From: Myxococcota bacterium
GTDB taxonomy: Bacteria > Myxococcota_A > UBA9160 > JAFDDA01
Direction of reading: 5' to 3'
DNA: 64,000 bases
Assembly (NCBI GenBank): GCA_965228475.1
Contig: OZ245817.1
Span: 2,080,001 to 2,144,000, forward strand
In this document: positions 30,675 through 40,522 of the stretch, piece after piece
Layout: every line of letters starts with the position of its first letter
How positions within the stretch are numbered: the first letter of the stretch is position 1
Notes under the pieces: generated by a model
Databases searched by the model: none
Seen by the model: the letters and a program-made list of their open reading frames with translations, nothing else
Told to the model about the DNA's origin: nothing
Position numbers and translations under genes: made by a program

Positions 30675-31988
30675 ATGCAAGCGGCTCCCGAAAGCCCTGA
30701 GCGAGGCCCCGCGGCGGCCACGCAGCCGCCCATCGCGGTCCTGGCGCCGATCTACCCGGCGCTGACCGAGACCTTCGTGTACCGCGAGGTCGAGGGCCTG
30801 CGCGCGCTCGGCTGGCCGATCCACGTGGTCCGGCTGAACCCGCTCGGGGACCGCCCGCGCGCCCACGCCGAGGTGCGCAGCGCGGATCTCACCGTCCAGG
30901 GGCCGGGGCTTCCGGGCTCGCTGGTCCGGGCGCTGCTCGAGGTGCTGCGTCACCCACTGCGCAGCCTGCGCACGTTCGGCACGGCCGTTGCCGATGCCTT
31001 GCACCCGGGAGAACCCCTCTCGCCGGGGCGCCGATTCGCCGTGCTGCCCCAGGCACTGCTCGGGCTGGGCGTCGCACGCTGGCTGCGCGAACGGGGCGTG
31101 GCCCTGGTCCACTGCCAGTTCGCGAACGCCGTCTGCGGGGTCGCGATGTACGCCTCGCTGCAGCTCGGCCGGCCCTTCGGTTTCGTCGGCCACGCGAACG
31201 ACCTCTTCGACCGGCGCAGCCTGCTCGCCAGGAAGCTCGAGCGGGCCCGCTACGTCTCGTGCATCAGCGAGTGGCATCGCGATTGGTACCGCGAGCTCTA
31301 CGCGGCCGACGGCGGCCGCTATCGCGTGGTGCGCTGCGGGGTCGACGTCGAATCCTTCCAGCCGACGGGCAAGGGGCGCGAGCCGGGCGCACCCCTGCGG
31401 GTCGCCGCCGTGGCGCGCCTGATCCCGAAGAAAGGCATCGACGTCCTCCTTCGTGCGCTGGCGGAGCTCGAAGCCACCGAGGGTGCGGCCTGGACGCTTC
31501 GTCTGGCGGGGGACGGGCCCGAGCGGCCCGCGCTCGAGGCCCTGGCGCGGGAACTCGGCTGTGCGGACCGCGTGCGCTTCGAAGGGGCCATCGCGAACGA
31601 AGCCGTCCGGGCGCTCCTCGCCGAGTCCGACGTGCTGTGTCTGCCGAGCCGCCCGTGCGAGACCACGGGCGACCGCGACGGGATCCCGGTGGTGCTGATG
31701 GAGGCGATGGCCATGGGCGTCCCGGTCGTGGCCGGGGACCTGCCCGCGATTCGGGAACTGGTCGAGGACGGGCGCTCGGGGCGCATGGTGCCGAGCGGCG
31801 ACGCCGCCGCCACGGCGGCGTGTCTCGCCGAGATCGCTCGGGACGAGAGCCTGCGGCGCGCACTCGGCCGCGGAGGCCGCGAGCGGGTCGAGCAGGAGTT
31901 CTCCCTGGCCGAGAACCTGGCGCGGCTCGACGCGACGCTCCGTCAGGTTCTCGAGGAGGAGGCGCCGCCCGTGGCGGCCAGGGACTGA
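30675..31988 (+). CDS. Glycosyltransferase family 4 (WcaL-like)
   Basis: TETFVYRE, ARLIPKKG and DGIPVVLMEAMA motifs. Confidence 0.9.
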   Translation: MQAAPESPERGPAAATQPPIAVLAPIYPALTETFVYREVEGLRALGWPIHVVRLNPLGDRPRAHAEVRSADLTVQGPGLPGSLVRALLEVLRHPLRSLRTFGTAVADALHPGEPLSPGRRFAVLPQALLGLGVARWLRERGVALVHCQFANAVCGVAMYASLQLGRPFGFVGHANDLFDRRSLLARKLERARYVSCISEWHRDWYRELYAADGGRYRVVRCGVDVESFQPTGKGREPGAPLRVAAVARLIPKKGIDVLLRALAELEATEGAAWTLRLAGDGPERPALEALARELGCADRVRFEGAIANEAVRALLAESDVLCLPSRPCETTGDRDGIPVVLMEAMAMGVPVVAGDLPAIRELVEDGRSGRMVPSGDAAATAACLAEIARDESLRRALGRGGRERVEQEFSLAENLARLDATLRQVLEEEAPPVAARD

Positions 31989-32992
31989 ATCGCCGGGGGG
32001 TCGACGCGCCCGCCGCGCACGAACACGCTGTGGCGGAAGAGATCCCCGAGGTAGTGGTCCGGGTGCGGGTTCTCGCGTCCGCCGAGGCGCGTGCGGAGGC
32101 TTGCGAAGGCGACGCCGCACAGGGCGGCGAGGTCCACCGCGGCGGCGTAGAGCAGGCCGTGGTTCTTCAGCCAGTAGCGTCGCCGGGATTCGAACCAATA
32201 GTCGGGTAGCCGCGGATGGTCGCTCTCGCGCCGGTCGATCCCGGAGCTCTGGGCCGCGATGTGCGCGACGCGGCTCTCGGCGACGTACCAGCACGGGTAG
32301 CCGGCGAGCCGCGCGCGGCGGCACAGGTCGACCTCCTCGAAGTACATGAAGAAGCCTTCGTCGAGCAGGCCGACCTCTTCGAGCACCTCGCGGCGGATCA
32401 TCATGCTCGCGCCGGCGACCCAGTCGATCGGGTGCGTCTCGGGCACGAGGGGCGGGGCGATCTGCCAGCGGGCGAGGAGCCGGGAGACCACGCCGAGGCC
32501 GATCGCGCCATCTAACTCGTTCTGGAGCGAGGGAAAGCGGTAGCGCGAGTGGTGCTGGGTCCCGTCGGCGTCCTCGAGCCGGCTGCCCGCGATGCCGACG
32601 TCGCCGTGGGCCTCGAGGAACTCGAAGAGCGCCTGGCCCGCGCCGGGCCGGGGGATCGTGTCGGGGTTCAGGATCCACACGTAGCGGTAGGGCTCGGCGG
32701 CCAGGGCCGGGCGGATCGCGAAGTTGTTCCCCGCGGCGAAGCCGCCGTTGTGGGGCGAGCGCTCGAGCTTCGCCCAGGCTCCGAACCCCTCGGCCTCGAT
32801 GGCCGCCTCGATGCGTTCGGCCGAGCCGTCCCCGGAGTCGTTGTCGACGACGACGGCACGGCAGCCGGGCTGGCCCGGGATCTGCGCCGCCAGCTCGCGC
32901 AGGCAGCCGAGGGCGAGGTCCGCGACGCGGTAGTTCAGGATGACGACGAGGACGTCGCGCAGGGATGCCGGCCCGCGCGCGGTGTCTTCCAT
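31943..32992 (-). CDS. Glycosyltransferase family 2
   Basis: VILNYR, VVDNDSGD, GFAAGNN, LNPD and FFMYFEEVD motifs; start at MEDTA (the upstream part of the 718-aa ORF is not real). Confidence 0.9.
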   Translation of the reverse strand: MEDTARGPASLRDVLVVILNYRVADLALGCLRELAAQIPGQPGCRAVVVDNDSGDGSAERIEAAIEAEGFGAWAKLERSPHNGGFAAGNNFAIRPALAAEPYRYVWILNPDTIPRPGAGQALFEFLEAHGDVGIAGSRLEDADGTQHHSRYRFPSLQNELDGAIGLGVVSRLLARWQIAPPLVPETHPIDWVAGASMMIRREVLEEVGLLDEGFFMYFEEVDLCRRARLAGYPCWYVAESRVAHIAAQSSGIDRRESDHPRLPDYWFESRRRYWLKNHGLLYAAAVDLAALCGVAFASLRTRLGGRENPHPDHYLGDLFRHSVFVRGGRVDPPAIQSLAATGGASSSRT

Positions 32993-33000
32993 GGGCTCCG

Positions 33001-34131
33001 TCACCCGAGCAGCATCGGGCCGTGGCCGTCCATGTTCGTGAGGTGGAGCCCGGCGAGGCCTTCTTCGTTCGGGCCGAAGCGCTCGCGCAGGGCGGGGGAG
33101 GCCGCGAAGAAGCGGCGATCCTGGACCAGGGCGAAGCCGTGGGCCGCGAAGCCGTCGAGCCAGGCGGGGTGGGACTGGTTCGACATGATGAGGTCGACGC
33201 CGCGGGCCCGGAGGAAGCGGTAGGCGGCGCCCACCACGGCCTCGGCGTGCTCGGGGAGGGCGAGCCCGTCGACGATCGAGCCGACCCGGCAGTTGCCGAA
33301 GCGCCGGTCGCTCTCCATCTGCTTGTCGAGCACGACGGCGAAGCCGAGCGTCTCGCCGCCCCGGGTCACGCGCAGCCGGAGCCCCGGAGGCCAGCCGACC
33401 TCGGGCACGAGCAGGTTCATGGTCGCCGCGTCCCGTTGGGCGATGCCGTAGTAGGCCGGCGCGCAGCGCTCCCAGAGATCGTCGGCCCAGCTCCCGAACT
33501 CGGGCACGAGCTCCGCTTCCGCTGCCGCCGAGCGCCGTCCGCGCAGGGCGAGGCCGGCGTGCATCGCCCGGAGCCCGATCGCGCCCGCGCCGCTGAAGGC
33601 CAGGGCGTCGAGCGCGAGCCGCCGCGCGGGGCTGGTGCGGAGGTAGGTGTTGTGGCGCAGGAAGCGGGCCGGTCGCAGGACGCGCAGGCAGAAGGGCGTC
33701 GGGTGGATCAGCCAGCCGAGGCGCCGGAGCATCTCGAGCATGGGCTGTTCGAGCCCGCCGTGGCCCCAGCTGTAGAGCAGCGGGTACTGCTTCTGCATCT
33801 CGCGCATCAGGCGTATGCCGAGCGTGGCGAACTTCCGGGAGAGGACCCCTTCGGTGATCGGGCCCTGCCAGTCCGCCACGACGTCGGTCTCGCCGCCGAG
33901 GCGCCAGGTGTGGGGCTTCAGCGCGTAGCCGCCGCGAACGAAGGGCTCGCTGCCGCCTTCCTCGACGGCGAGGTAGTACTCGCGCCAGGTGTGCTCGCCG
34001 CGCTTCGGGAGCCACTCGTCGACGGGGCTCTCGTACCAGCGCCAGTGGGTACCGCCCGCTTCCATGCGGCGGTTGAAGTCTCGAACGCGGGGGATCCACT
34101 CCTCCGTGTAGGGGACGACCTGGGTTCGCAT
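33001..34131 (-). CDS. Hypothetical protein, possible tandem GNAT/FemAB-like acyltransferase fold
   Basis: Clearly coding and co-oriented with its neighbours. GVLSRKFATLGIRLM resembles GNAT motif A, and the second half GSIVD...AYRFLRARGVD resembles a second GNAT. The fold call is inference. Confidence 0.5.
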   Translation of the reverse strand: MRTQVVPYTEEWIPRVRDFNRRMEAGGTHWRWYESPVDEWLPKRGEHTWREYYLAVEEGGSEPFVRGGYALKPHTWRLGGETDVVADWQGPITEGVLSRKFATLGIRLMREMQKQYPLLYSWGHGGLEQPMLEMLRRLGWLIHPTPFCLRVLRPARFLRHNTYLRTSPARRLALDALAFSGAGAIGLRAMHAGLALRGRRSAAAEAELVPEFGSWADDLWERCAPAYYGIAQRDAATMNLLVPEVGWPPGLRLRVTRGGETLGFAVVLDKQMESDRRFGNCRVGSIVDGLALPEHAEAVVGAAYRFLRARGVDLIMSNQSHPAWLDGFAAHGFALVQDRRFFAASPALRERFGPNEEGLAGLHLTNMDGHGPMLLG

Positions 34132-34251
34132 CTTGGGCGGGCCTCTCCGAAAGGTTCGCAACGATAGCAACCGGCCGCGGACCGAGCCGGGCCTCGGCCG
34201 GCGCTCCGCGCTCTCGTCAGGTTCGCGGCTGCGGCTCTTCCCCGTTTCGGC

Positions 34252-35718
34252 TCAACGGCGTGCGGTCCGAAGCCCGAGCCAGCCGACGTAGAGCGCGAGG
34301 GGGGCCAGCGCGACGAGACCGAGGAGGCCGAGACACCAGGGTGCATCCGGAAGCGCGAGGGCTCGCGCCGCGGCGGCGGCGCCGGGGATCGCCAGGGCGG
34401 CGAAGGCGGCGCCGAGCAGCGTGAAGCCCGCGTCGCGTAGCAGTGTCGGAACACCCCCGCAAGCGATCTTCAGCGCCACGAAGAGGTACCCGCAGGCCGC
34501 GCCCGCGCCGGCGCCGACGATCAGGCCCGGCAGGCCGCCGGCGAGGAAGCCGAGCCAGCATCCCGCCGCGCTCGCCACGGTCTTCACGATGTTCGAGAAC
34601 GCCCAGCTGCGCGAATCGCCCCAGGCGAGCAGCACACGGCCCGCGGACTCCTGGAGGAAGGTGAACCAGACCGGAAGGAGGGCGAGCTGGGCGATCCAGC
34701 CCGCGTCGTGATAGCGGGCGTCGTAGAGGTAGAAGAAGAACGAGGGGGAGACCACGGCCAGCCCGAGCGTGGCCAGCAGGCCGAGGGGCAGCATCAGGGA
34801 GCGGGCCCGGTCGAAGTTCTCGGCCAGGCGGGTCTCGCCCCCGCGGTAGGACTCCGAGAGGGCCGGCATCAGCACGTTCTGGATGAGGCGCCCCGAGACC
34901 TGGCCGAGCAGGAGCGGGAGCATGATGGCGATGCTGTAGACCCCGAGCGTCGCGATCGGCAGGAGCTTCCCGAGCAGAACGACGTCGATGCGGAGCGCCA
35001 GGAAGGTGAAGAGCACGGCGACGAAGATCCACTTGCCGAAGGCGAAGAGCTCGCGCGCGGCGTCGCGGTCCCAGGCGAGGCGATCGCGTTCGCCCGGCAG
35101 CAGCGTGTGGCTGAGCAACACGCGGACGGAGACGCCGACCAGGCCGCCCACCACCAGCGCCCAGACCGAGCGCGTCCACCAGGCGACGAGGCACATCACC
35201 ACGACGGCGACGGCCCGTTCGGTGGCCTCGATCGCGGTCACCCGTCCGAGGTGCAGCCGCCGCGTCTCGAGCGCGAGGCGCATGGATTGGAAGCCGAGGA
35301 TCACCGCCGCGAAGGTCACGGCGGGGACGATGGCCACGAGCTCGGGCTGCTCGTAGATCCGCGCGAGGGGGACCGCCGCGGCGAGGGCCACGAGCCAGAT
35401 CAGGCCGCCGCGCGCGGCCTCGATCGTCCACGCCGTGTTGCGGAAGACGCGCTCTTCGCCCCGGGGATGCCGGATGATGGCCGGCTGGATCCCGACGCTC
35501 GACATGAGCTGGAGGCCGGTGAGCAAGAGGTTCGCGAGGGCCATGAGTCCGAAGGCCTCGGGGAACAGGAGCCGCGACAGGATGACGTTGCCCGCGAGGC
35601 GGAGCCCCTGCTCCGCGCCGAGGCCGATCACGCTGGCGACCGCGCCGCGGGCGGCGCGCGTGCCGAGGGCGCCCTTGGCGGGTTCGTTCTCCGCGGGGGC
35701 TTGGGGATCGCTACCCAC
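34252..35718 (-). CDS. wzx: Oligosaccharide flippase (Wzx)
   Basis: LSRLLFPEAFGLMA, NTAWT, FGKW and LGVYSIA; many TM helices of the MOP/PST family pattern. Confidence 0.88.
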   Translation of the reverse strand: MGSDPQAPAENEPAKGALGTRAARGAVASVIGLGAEQGLRLAGNVILSRLLFPEAFGLMALANLLLTGLQLMSSVGIQPAIIRHPRGEERVFRNTAWTIEAARGGLIWLVALAAAVPLARIYEQPELVAIVPAVTFAAVILGFQSMRLALETRRLHLGRVTAIEATERAVAVVVMCLVAWWTRSVWALVVGGLVGVSVRVLLSHTLLPGERDRLAWDRDAARELFAFGKWIFVAVLFTFLALRIDVVLLGKLLPIATLGVYSIAIMLPLLLGQVSGRLIQNVLMPALSESYRGGETRLAENFDRARSLMLPLGLLATLGLAVVSPSFFFYLYDARYHDAGWIAQLALLPVWFTFLQESAGRVLLAWGDSRSWAFSNIVKTVASAAGCWLGFLAGGLPGLIVGAGAGAACGYLFVALKIACGGVPTLLRDAGFTLLGAAFAALAIPGAAAAARALALPDAPWCLGLLGLVALAPLALYVGWLGLRTARR

Positions 35719-35757
35719 GAGGAAGACGCGCCGGCCGCGGGGCGTGGGAACCGGGCA

Positions 35758-37353
35758 CTAGCTGGCCTCGAGCATCGCGCGAAGGGCTTTGCGGTCGACC
35801 TTCCCGTTGGCGTTCAGGGGGAACTCGGCGACCTCGCGGATCTCACGCGGTGCCATGTAGGCCGGCAGCCGGGCCCGGGCGGTCTTGAGGAGCGCGCCGG
35901 TGTCGATCCCGGAGCCGACGAAGGCGACCACGCCGTCCGCGCCTGCCGCGTTGACGGGCCAGCCGACGGCGATCGCGGTGTCCGTGCCCGCGAGGTCCCG
36001 CAGCAGTGCCTCGACTTCGCCGAGCTCGACGCGATAGCCCTGGATCTTGATCTGGTGGTCGGCGCGGCCCAGGTATTTGATCGGTTCGTCCCCGAGCGGC
36101 CGCCGAACGCGGTCGCCGGTGCGATAGAAGACCCGGTCTTCGCCCGGCGGCTCGAGGAACGCCGCCGCGGTCTTCTCCGCATCCCGCCAGTAGCCGGGTG
36201 TGAGCTGGGGCCCGGTCATCAAGAGCTCTCCGGACTCGCCGGGCTCGACCTCGTGCAGCGCCTCGTCGACCACGCGCACCTCCATGCCGGGGTAGGGCGC
36301 GCCGATCGGGACGAGGCCCTGCTCGCACTCGGCCGGCGAGCTCACCGGGTCGAAGCGGTAGAGCGTACAGGCGATCGTGAGTTCCGTCGGGCCGTAGAGG
36401 TTCTCGAGCGTGGCGCCCGGAGCCGCTTCGGCGAAGGCCGTCGCGAGATCGGCGGGCAGCGCCTCGCCGCAGAAGAGCGCCCAGCGCAGCGATGGGAAGG
36501 CGCCGGGCGTGAGCTTCCGGAGCTTGTTCAGGACGGCGGCGGTCGAGGGGACGGAGAACCAGACCGTCGGCTTCGCGGCGGCGACGTAGGAGGCGGGCAT
36601 CATCTTCTGTCCGGCCGTCGGGCAGCACACGCAGCCGCCGCACTGCCAGGCCAGGAACATGTCGAACACCGAGAGGTCGAAGGTCAGGTCGAAGAGCTGC
36701 GTGAAGCGGTCCTCCTCGGTCACGCCGTAGCGCTCGGCCATGACGTCGAGGAAGTGTTCGGCGTTGCGGTGCGCCACCATCACGCCCTTCGGGATGCCCG
36801 TGCTCCCCGAGGTGAACAACAGGTAGGCGACGTCGTCGGGGGTGGCTGGACGCGGTTCGAAGCCCGCGCCGGAGGCGAGCTCGGCGGCGCCGAGGAAGCG
36901 GTGGCCGGGGAACCGGGCCGCGAGCGGGGCGAGCGTCTCGGCGTCGGCCTCGGGCGCCAGGATGCAGCGCGGCTCGGAGACGCCCTCGAGCACGTCGCCG
37001 AGGAGCTTCAGTCCGGCCGCGTCGACGATCACGCTCCGGCAGTCCGAGCGCTCGAGCATCGTGCGCGTGCGGTCGGCCGGGAACTGCGGGTTCAGCGGTA
37101 CGTAGCCGTGGCCGCGGAAGAGCGCTGCGAGGATGCCGGCGTAGGCGGTGACCGAGCGGTGGGCGAACACGGCGGTCAGCCGCTCGGGCTCGAGGGCGCC
37201 GGCGGCTTCGAGGGTCGCTGCCAGCCGGCGCGCGCGGTCGTCGAGAGCCGCGTAGGCGATGGGCTCGCCATCGACCTCGAGGGCCGGGCGGTCCGGGAAC
37301 CGGTCGCGGGATGCCAGGAAACCCGAGCGAAGCGTGCGCGTCGATTCGCTCAT
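35758..37353 (-). CDS. Stand-alone amino acid adenylation enzyme, DltA-like
   Basis: FTSGSTGIPKG, FDLSVFD, LFCGE, NLYGPTE, YRTGD, KIQGYRVELGEVE and NANGKVDRK; no C or T domain; start MSEST. Confidence 0.9.
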   Translation of the reverse strand: MSESTRTLRSGFLASRDRFPDRPALEVDGEPIAYAALDDRARRLAATLEAAGALEPERLTAVFAHRSVTAYAGILAALFRGHGYVPLNPQFPADRTRTMLERSDCRSVIVDAAGLKLLGDVLEGVSEPRCILAPEADAETLAPLAARFPGHRFLGAAELASGAGFEPRPATPDDVAYLLFTSGSTGIPKGVMVAHRNAEHFLDVMAERYGVTEEDRFTQLFDLTFDLSVFDMFLAWQCGGCVCCPTAGQKMMPASYVAAAKPTVWFSVPSTAAVLNKLRKLTPGAFPSLRWALFCGEALPADLATAFAEAAPGATLENLYGPTELTIACTLYRFDPVSSPAECEQGLVPIGAPYPGMEVRVVDEALHEVEPGESGELLMTGPQLTPGYWRDAEKTAAAFLEPPGEDRVFYRTGDRVRRPLGDEPIKYLGRADHQIKIQGYRVELGEVEALLRDLAGTDTAIAVGWPVNAAGADGVVAFVGSGIDTGALLKTARARLPAYMAPREIREVAEFPLNANGKVDRKALRAMLEAS

Positions 37354-37358
37354 GGGGT

Positions 37359-37604
37359 CTATTGGACGAAGAAGGTCTGGTAGAGCGTGTTCACGTCCTG
37401 GAGCGACTCGGGCTCGATCGCCTCGACGTCGACCTCCTCGCCGAGCAGGCTCTCGATGAATACGATCAGCTCGACCACGTCGAGGGAGGACAGGAGGCCC
37501 GACTCGAGAATCGGCGTCTCGTCGTCGAGCCCCGCGGCGTCCGCCTGGGCGCGGTCGAGGATCCAGCTCCGGAGCTGCTCCTTGATTTTCGCTTCTTCCG
37601 TCAG
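37359..37604 (-). CDS. Discrete acyl/aminoacyl carrier protein (DltC-like, 81 aa) with a CTG start
   Basis: Manual translation: (M)TEEAKIKEQLRSWILDRAQADAAGLDDETPILESGLLSSLDVVELIVFIESLLGEEVDVEAIEPESLQDVNTLYQTFFVQ. It is acidic with a GLLSSL pantetheinylation-site motif. CTGA overlaps the upstream stop and a GAGGT RBS precedes it. Confidence 0.85.
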   Translation of the reverse strand: MTEEAKIKEQLRSWILDRAQADAAGLDDETPILESGLLSSLDVVELIVFIESLLGEEVDVEAIEPESLQDVNTLYQTFFVQ

Positions 37605-38476
37605 AGCGCCGGGACCTCGTCGAGAATGCCCGTCTCGAGGAAGTAGTCGACGAGCTTCTTCGAGGCGCGGGCGCGCTGCTCACGGCAGGGCTCGGCCTCG
37701 AGGGCGAACTTGCGGGCCTCGTAGCCGTCGGGCACGCCCGCGTCCTTGTAGACGGCCGGGTTGTAGAAGTCGGCCCAGGAGGCGCGCAGGTAGTTCACCA
37801 GCCACTCGCGGAGGCCTTCGAGGGTTCCCTCGGGCCACTTCGGCGAGTACTCGTCGAACATCTCCTTGAGGAGCTGGCGTCCGAAGACGATGTGGCGCGC
37901 TTCGTCCCGATGATGGAAGCGGTTCACCTCCTGGACGATCTGCGGCAGGCGGTCGTCGTAGGACAGGGCGACGTTGTAGTAGTCGCCGAGCTCCTCGATC
38001 ACGAGCACCTTGATGAAGAAGACGACGTCCTCTTCGCCCTTCGCGTACTTGCGCGGGAGGGCGAGCTTCTTCAGCGGGTACACCTTGCCGGCGTAGCGGT
38101 TGCAGAACATGGCGAACATGACCATGTGCCGGTTCTCTTCGCCGAGGAAGTGGTGGATGTACTCGGTCACGTCCGCGTTCTGGCGCGAATACATCTGGTT
38201 GCACAGGCCCTGGACGAGCGGGCGCTCGCCGTGGAGCGTGAGGCTGAAGAAGTTCGCGAGCTCGTAGAGGCTCAGGCGGCGCCGGGTGGGTTCGTCCAGG
38301 GCATCCCAGGCCGGGGTGCCGTAGAGCGAGATCAGCTCCGGGGGCATGCAGTAGAGCTCGGGATCGAGCTTCTCGGGCCAATCGAACGCCGTGTAGACGT
38401 CCCAGGTCTTCTTGACGGAGGCAACGGAGAGCCGCGCGGCGAGGTCCGTTGCGGCTTCCTGGGTGACGAGTCCCAT
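37601..38476 (-). CDS. AurF-like ferritin-fold diiron oxygenase
   Basis: GE, EENRH, IEE and HHRDEARH iron-ligand motifs; PELISLYGTPAWDAL N-terminal signature of the AurF family. Confidence 0.88.
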   Translation of the reverse strand: MGLVTQEAATDLAARLSVASVKKTWDVYTAFDWPEKLDPELYCMPPELISLYGTPAWDALDEPTRRRLSLYELANFFSLTLHGERPLVQGLCNQMYSRQNADVTEYIHHFLGEENRHMVMFAMFCNRYAGKVYPLKKLALPRKYAKGEEDVVFFIKVLVIEELGDYYNVALSYDDRLPQIVQEVNRFHHRDEARHIVFGRQLLKEMFDEYSPKWPEGTLEGLREWLVNYLRASWADFYNPAVYKDAGVPDGYEARKFALEAEPCREQRARASKKLVDYFLETGILDEVPAL

Positions 38477-38755
38477 GAAATCGACCTTCCCAGGCCCCGT
38501 TCGGGCCTGCGAGCGCAGGCCGGTGGAGCCTGCGGGTGAGTGCCCCTTTCGGGCACTTCGGTGAATGTCTTTCTCGACGAATCGGCATGCTAGCGCGCAG
38601 CTTTTCGATGAAAACGTCGTTCCCGCGGCAAGCCACCGGCAGCAAGGGGGAAAAACGCCGGCCGGTGCCGGGTTTCGCGGCCGTCTCGGTTACCTTCGGG
38701 CAGCTCCGATGCACCCACGGCAGAGGCCCGGCACCGTCCGTCCACGCACGCATCC

Positions 38756-40522
38756 ATGGCAGAGATCTTCGGCATCGTCAGCACGGGCGCGCTCACGCCC
38801 GAGGACCGGGCCGCCTTCGAGGCGCTCGCGGCGGAGTTCCCCGTCGGCGCCGGGGGGCGGGTCGAGCGCCAGGAAGGGCAGGCCGCCCTGGTTGGCGTGG
38901 TGTCCCATCACGCGGCGGACCCGGTCGGTGTGGCTTCGGGCCACGAGCCGGCTGCGGCCTGGTTGGGTCTTCCCGGGGGCGAGGCGGGCAAGCCGCCCTC
39001 CTGGCTGGCCCATCACTCGGGTGCCCCGGCACGCTGGGAGGCGAGGGCCCCCTGGCTCGCATGCCTGATCCCTGCGGCGCGGCCCGAGGCGCGGGTCGTC
39101 GGCGACCCCTTCGGTCTCTCCCCGCTCTATTGGCGAGCCGACGGCGCGCGGGTGCTGTTCGCTTCCCGGGTGGCGCCGCTGCTGCGGGCCTCCGGCAGCA
39201 GCTGGCGCCTCGACCGAGCCGCCCTCCACGACCTGCTCGTCTACGAGCACGTCACCGGGCACCGGACCCTCGCCGAGGAGGTCCGCGTGCTCGCACCCGG
39301 GGCGTTCCTCGAGATCGCCAAGGGGCGCGTGCGCGAGCGGCGCTATTCGGACGGCCCCGTCGCGCCCTTGCCGGGCCAGGGCCTCGGGAACTCAGCCGTC
39401 GCCGAGGCGCTCGGGGTCGAACTCGGCGGCGCGGTGGCACGCGCCGTCGACGGCGTCGACCGCGTGGCGATAACGCTCTCGGGCGGGCTCGATTCCCGCG
39501 CGCTGCTCGGGTTCGCAGCAGACGCAGGGGCGAGCCTCCGCGCCTACACCTTCGGGGTTCCGGGTTCGCGGGACGTGAAGCTCGCCGCCGAGCTCGCCGC
39601 CGCCCGGGGCGTGCCCCACGAAGTGCTCACCATCGAGCCTTCGTTCCTCCCCGAACAGCTCGAGCACGCCGTCGACGTCACGGGCGGGATGGTCGGCGCG
39701 GCCCACTTCCACATCCTCTCGCTGGTCGATCTCGTGGCCGAGCGGGCTGACGCGGTGCTCGACGGCCTGGGTGGGGATGCCTTCACGGGAGCCCATCTCG
39801 GCTGGGGCATGTTCGCGACGCGCTCCTCGGCGCGCGTGGCCGAGCTCGTGCAGGCTCAGCGGGCGACCGGCTTCGCCGACGGCACCGCGCGCAACGCCCT
39901 GCTCGAGCCGGACTGGGCGTTGCCCCCGGGCGAGACCGCCGATGCCACGCGCCGTCACGCGGACCCGTCCGCCCAGGCCTGGTGGACGGCGCACCGCTTC
40001 GACCTGCTCGAGCGGCAGCGCCGCTTCATCCAGTTCGGCCCGCACCTGTTTCGCGCGAGGATCGACGTGCGGACGCCCTTCTACGATCGGGCGGTCGTGG
40101 ATCTGCTGCTTCGCGCGAGGGCCGACGCGCTGTTCGAGCAGCGGGCCTACCGGTGCATGCACGCTGCCTGCCTGCCGGACCTCGCCGCCGTGGACGAGGC
40201 GGGGCGAGGCCTGCCGGTCGGCGCCTCGACGGCGCGGCGCATGGCCCGGCGCATCGAGGACGGGTTGCGCCGACGGGTCCCCGGCGGCTCGCACGCGCCG
40301 AGCACGCTCCCGACCGACTATCCGGCCTGGCTTCGCGGCCCGCTGCGCGCGTTCATCGAGGAACGCCTCCTCGACGGACACGGCCCGCTGGAAGGCATCG
40401 TCCGGCGCGCGGCCATCGAGCAGCTGATCCGCGATCATGCGGACGGCCGCGACCACACGGCACGGCTGTGCGTCCTGCTTTCGCTCTCGACCTGGCTCCG
40501 GCGCGCGGGGCGCCCCTCGTGA
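38756..40522 (+). CDS. Asparagine synthetase-like ATP-dependent amide ligase lacking the N-terminal glutaminase Cys
   Basis: DPFGLSPLYW, LSGGLDSR PP-loop, DGLGGD and RTPFYD; N-terminus MAEIFG instead of MCGIFG. Confidence 0.82.
   Translation: MAEIFGIVSTGALTPEDRAAFEALAAEFPVGAGGRVERQEGQAALVGVVSHHAADPVGVASGHEPAAAWLGLPGGEAGKPPSWLAHHSGAPARWEARAPWLACLIPAARPEARVVGDPFGLSPLYWRADGARVLFASRVAPLLRASGSSWRLDRAALHDLLVYEHVTGHRTLAEEVRVLAPGAFLEIAKGRVRERRYSDGPVAPLPGQGLGNSAVAEALGVELGGAVARAVDGVDRVAITLSGGLDSRALLGFAADAGASLRAYTFGVPGSRDVKLAAELAAARGVPHEVLTIEPSFLPEQLEHAVDVTGGMVGAAHFHILSLVDLVAERADAVLDGLGGDAFTGAHLGWGMFATRSSARVAELVQAQRATGFADGTARNALLEPDWALPPGETADATRRHADPSAQAWWTAHRFDLLERQRRFIQFGPHLFRARIDVRTPFYDRAVVDLLLRARADALFEQRAYRCMHAACLPDLAAVDEAGRGLPVGASTARRMARRIEDGLRRRVPGGSHAPSTLPTDYPAWLRGPLRAFIEERLLDGHGPLEGIVRRAAIEQLIRDHADGRDHTARLCVLLSLSTWLRRAGRPS

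Noticed and set aside
38756..40522. Lasso peptide cyclase
   Set aside because: No precursor peptide, B protease or RRE gene seen nearby; the context is polysaccharide synthesis
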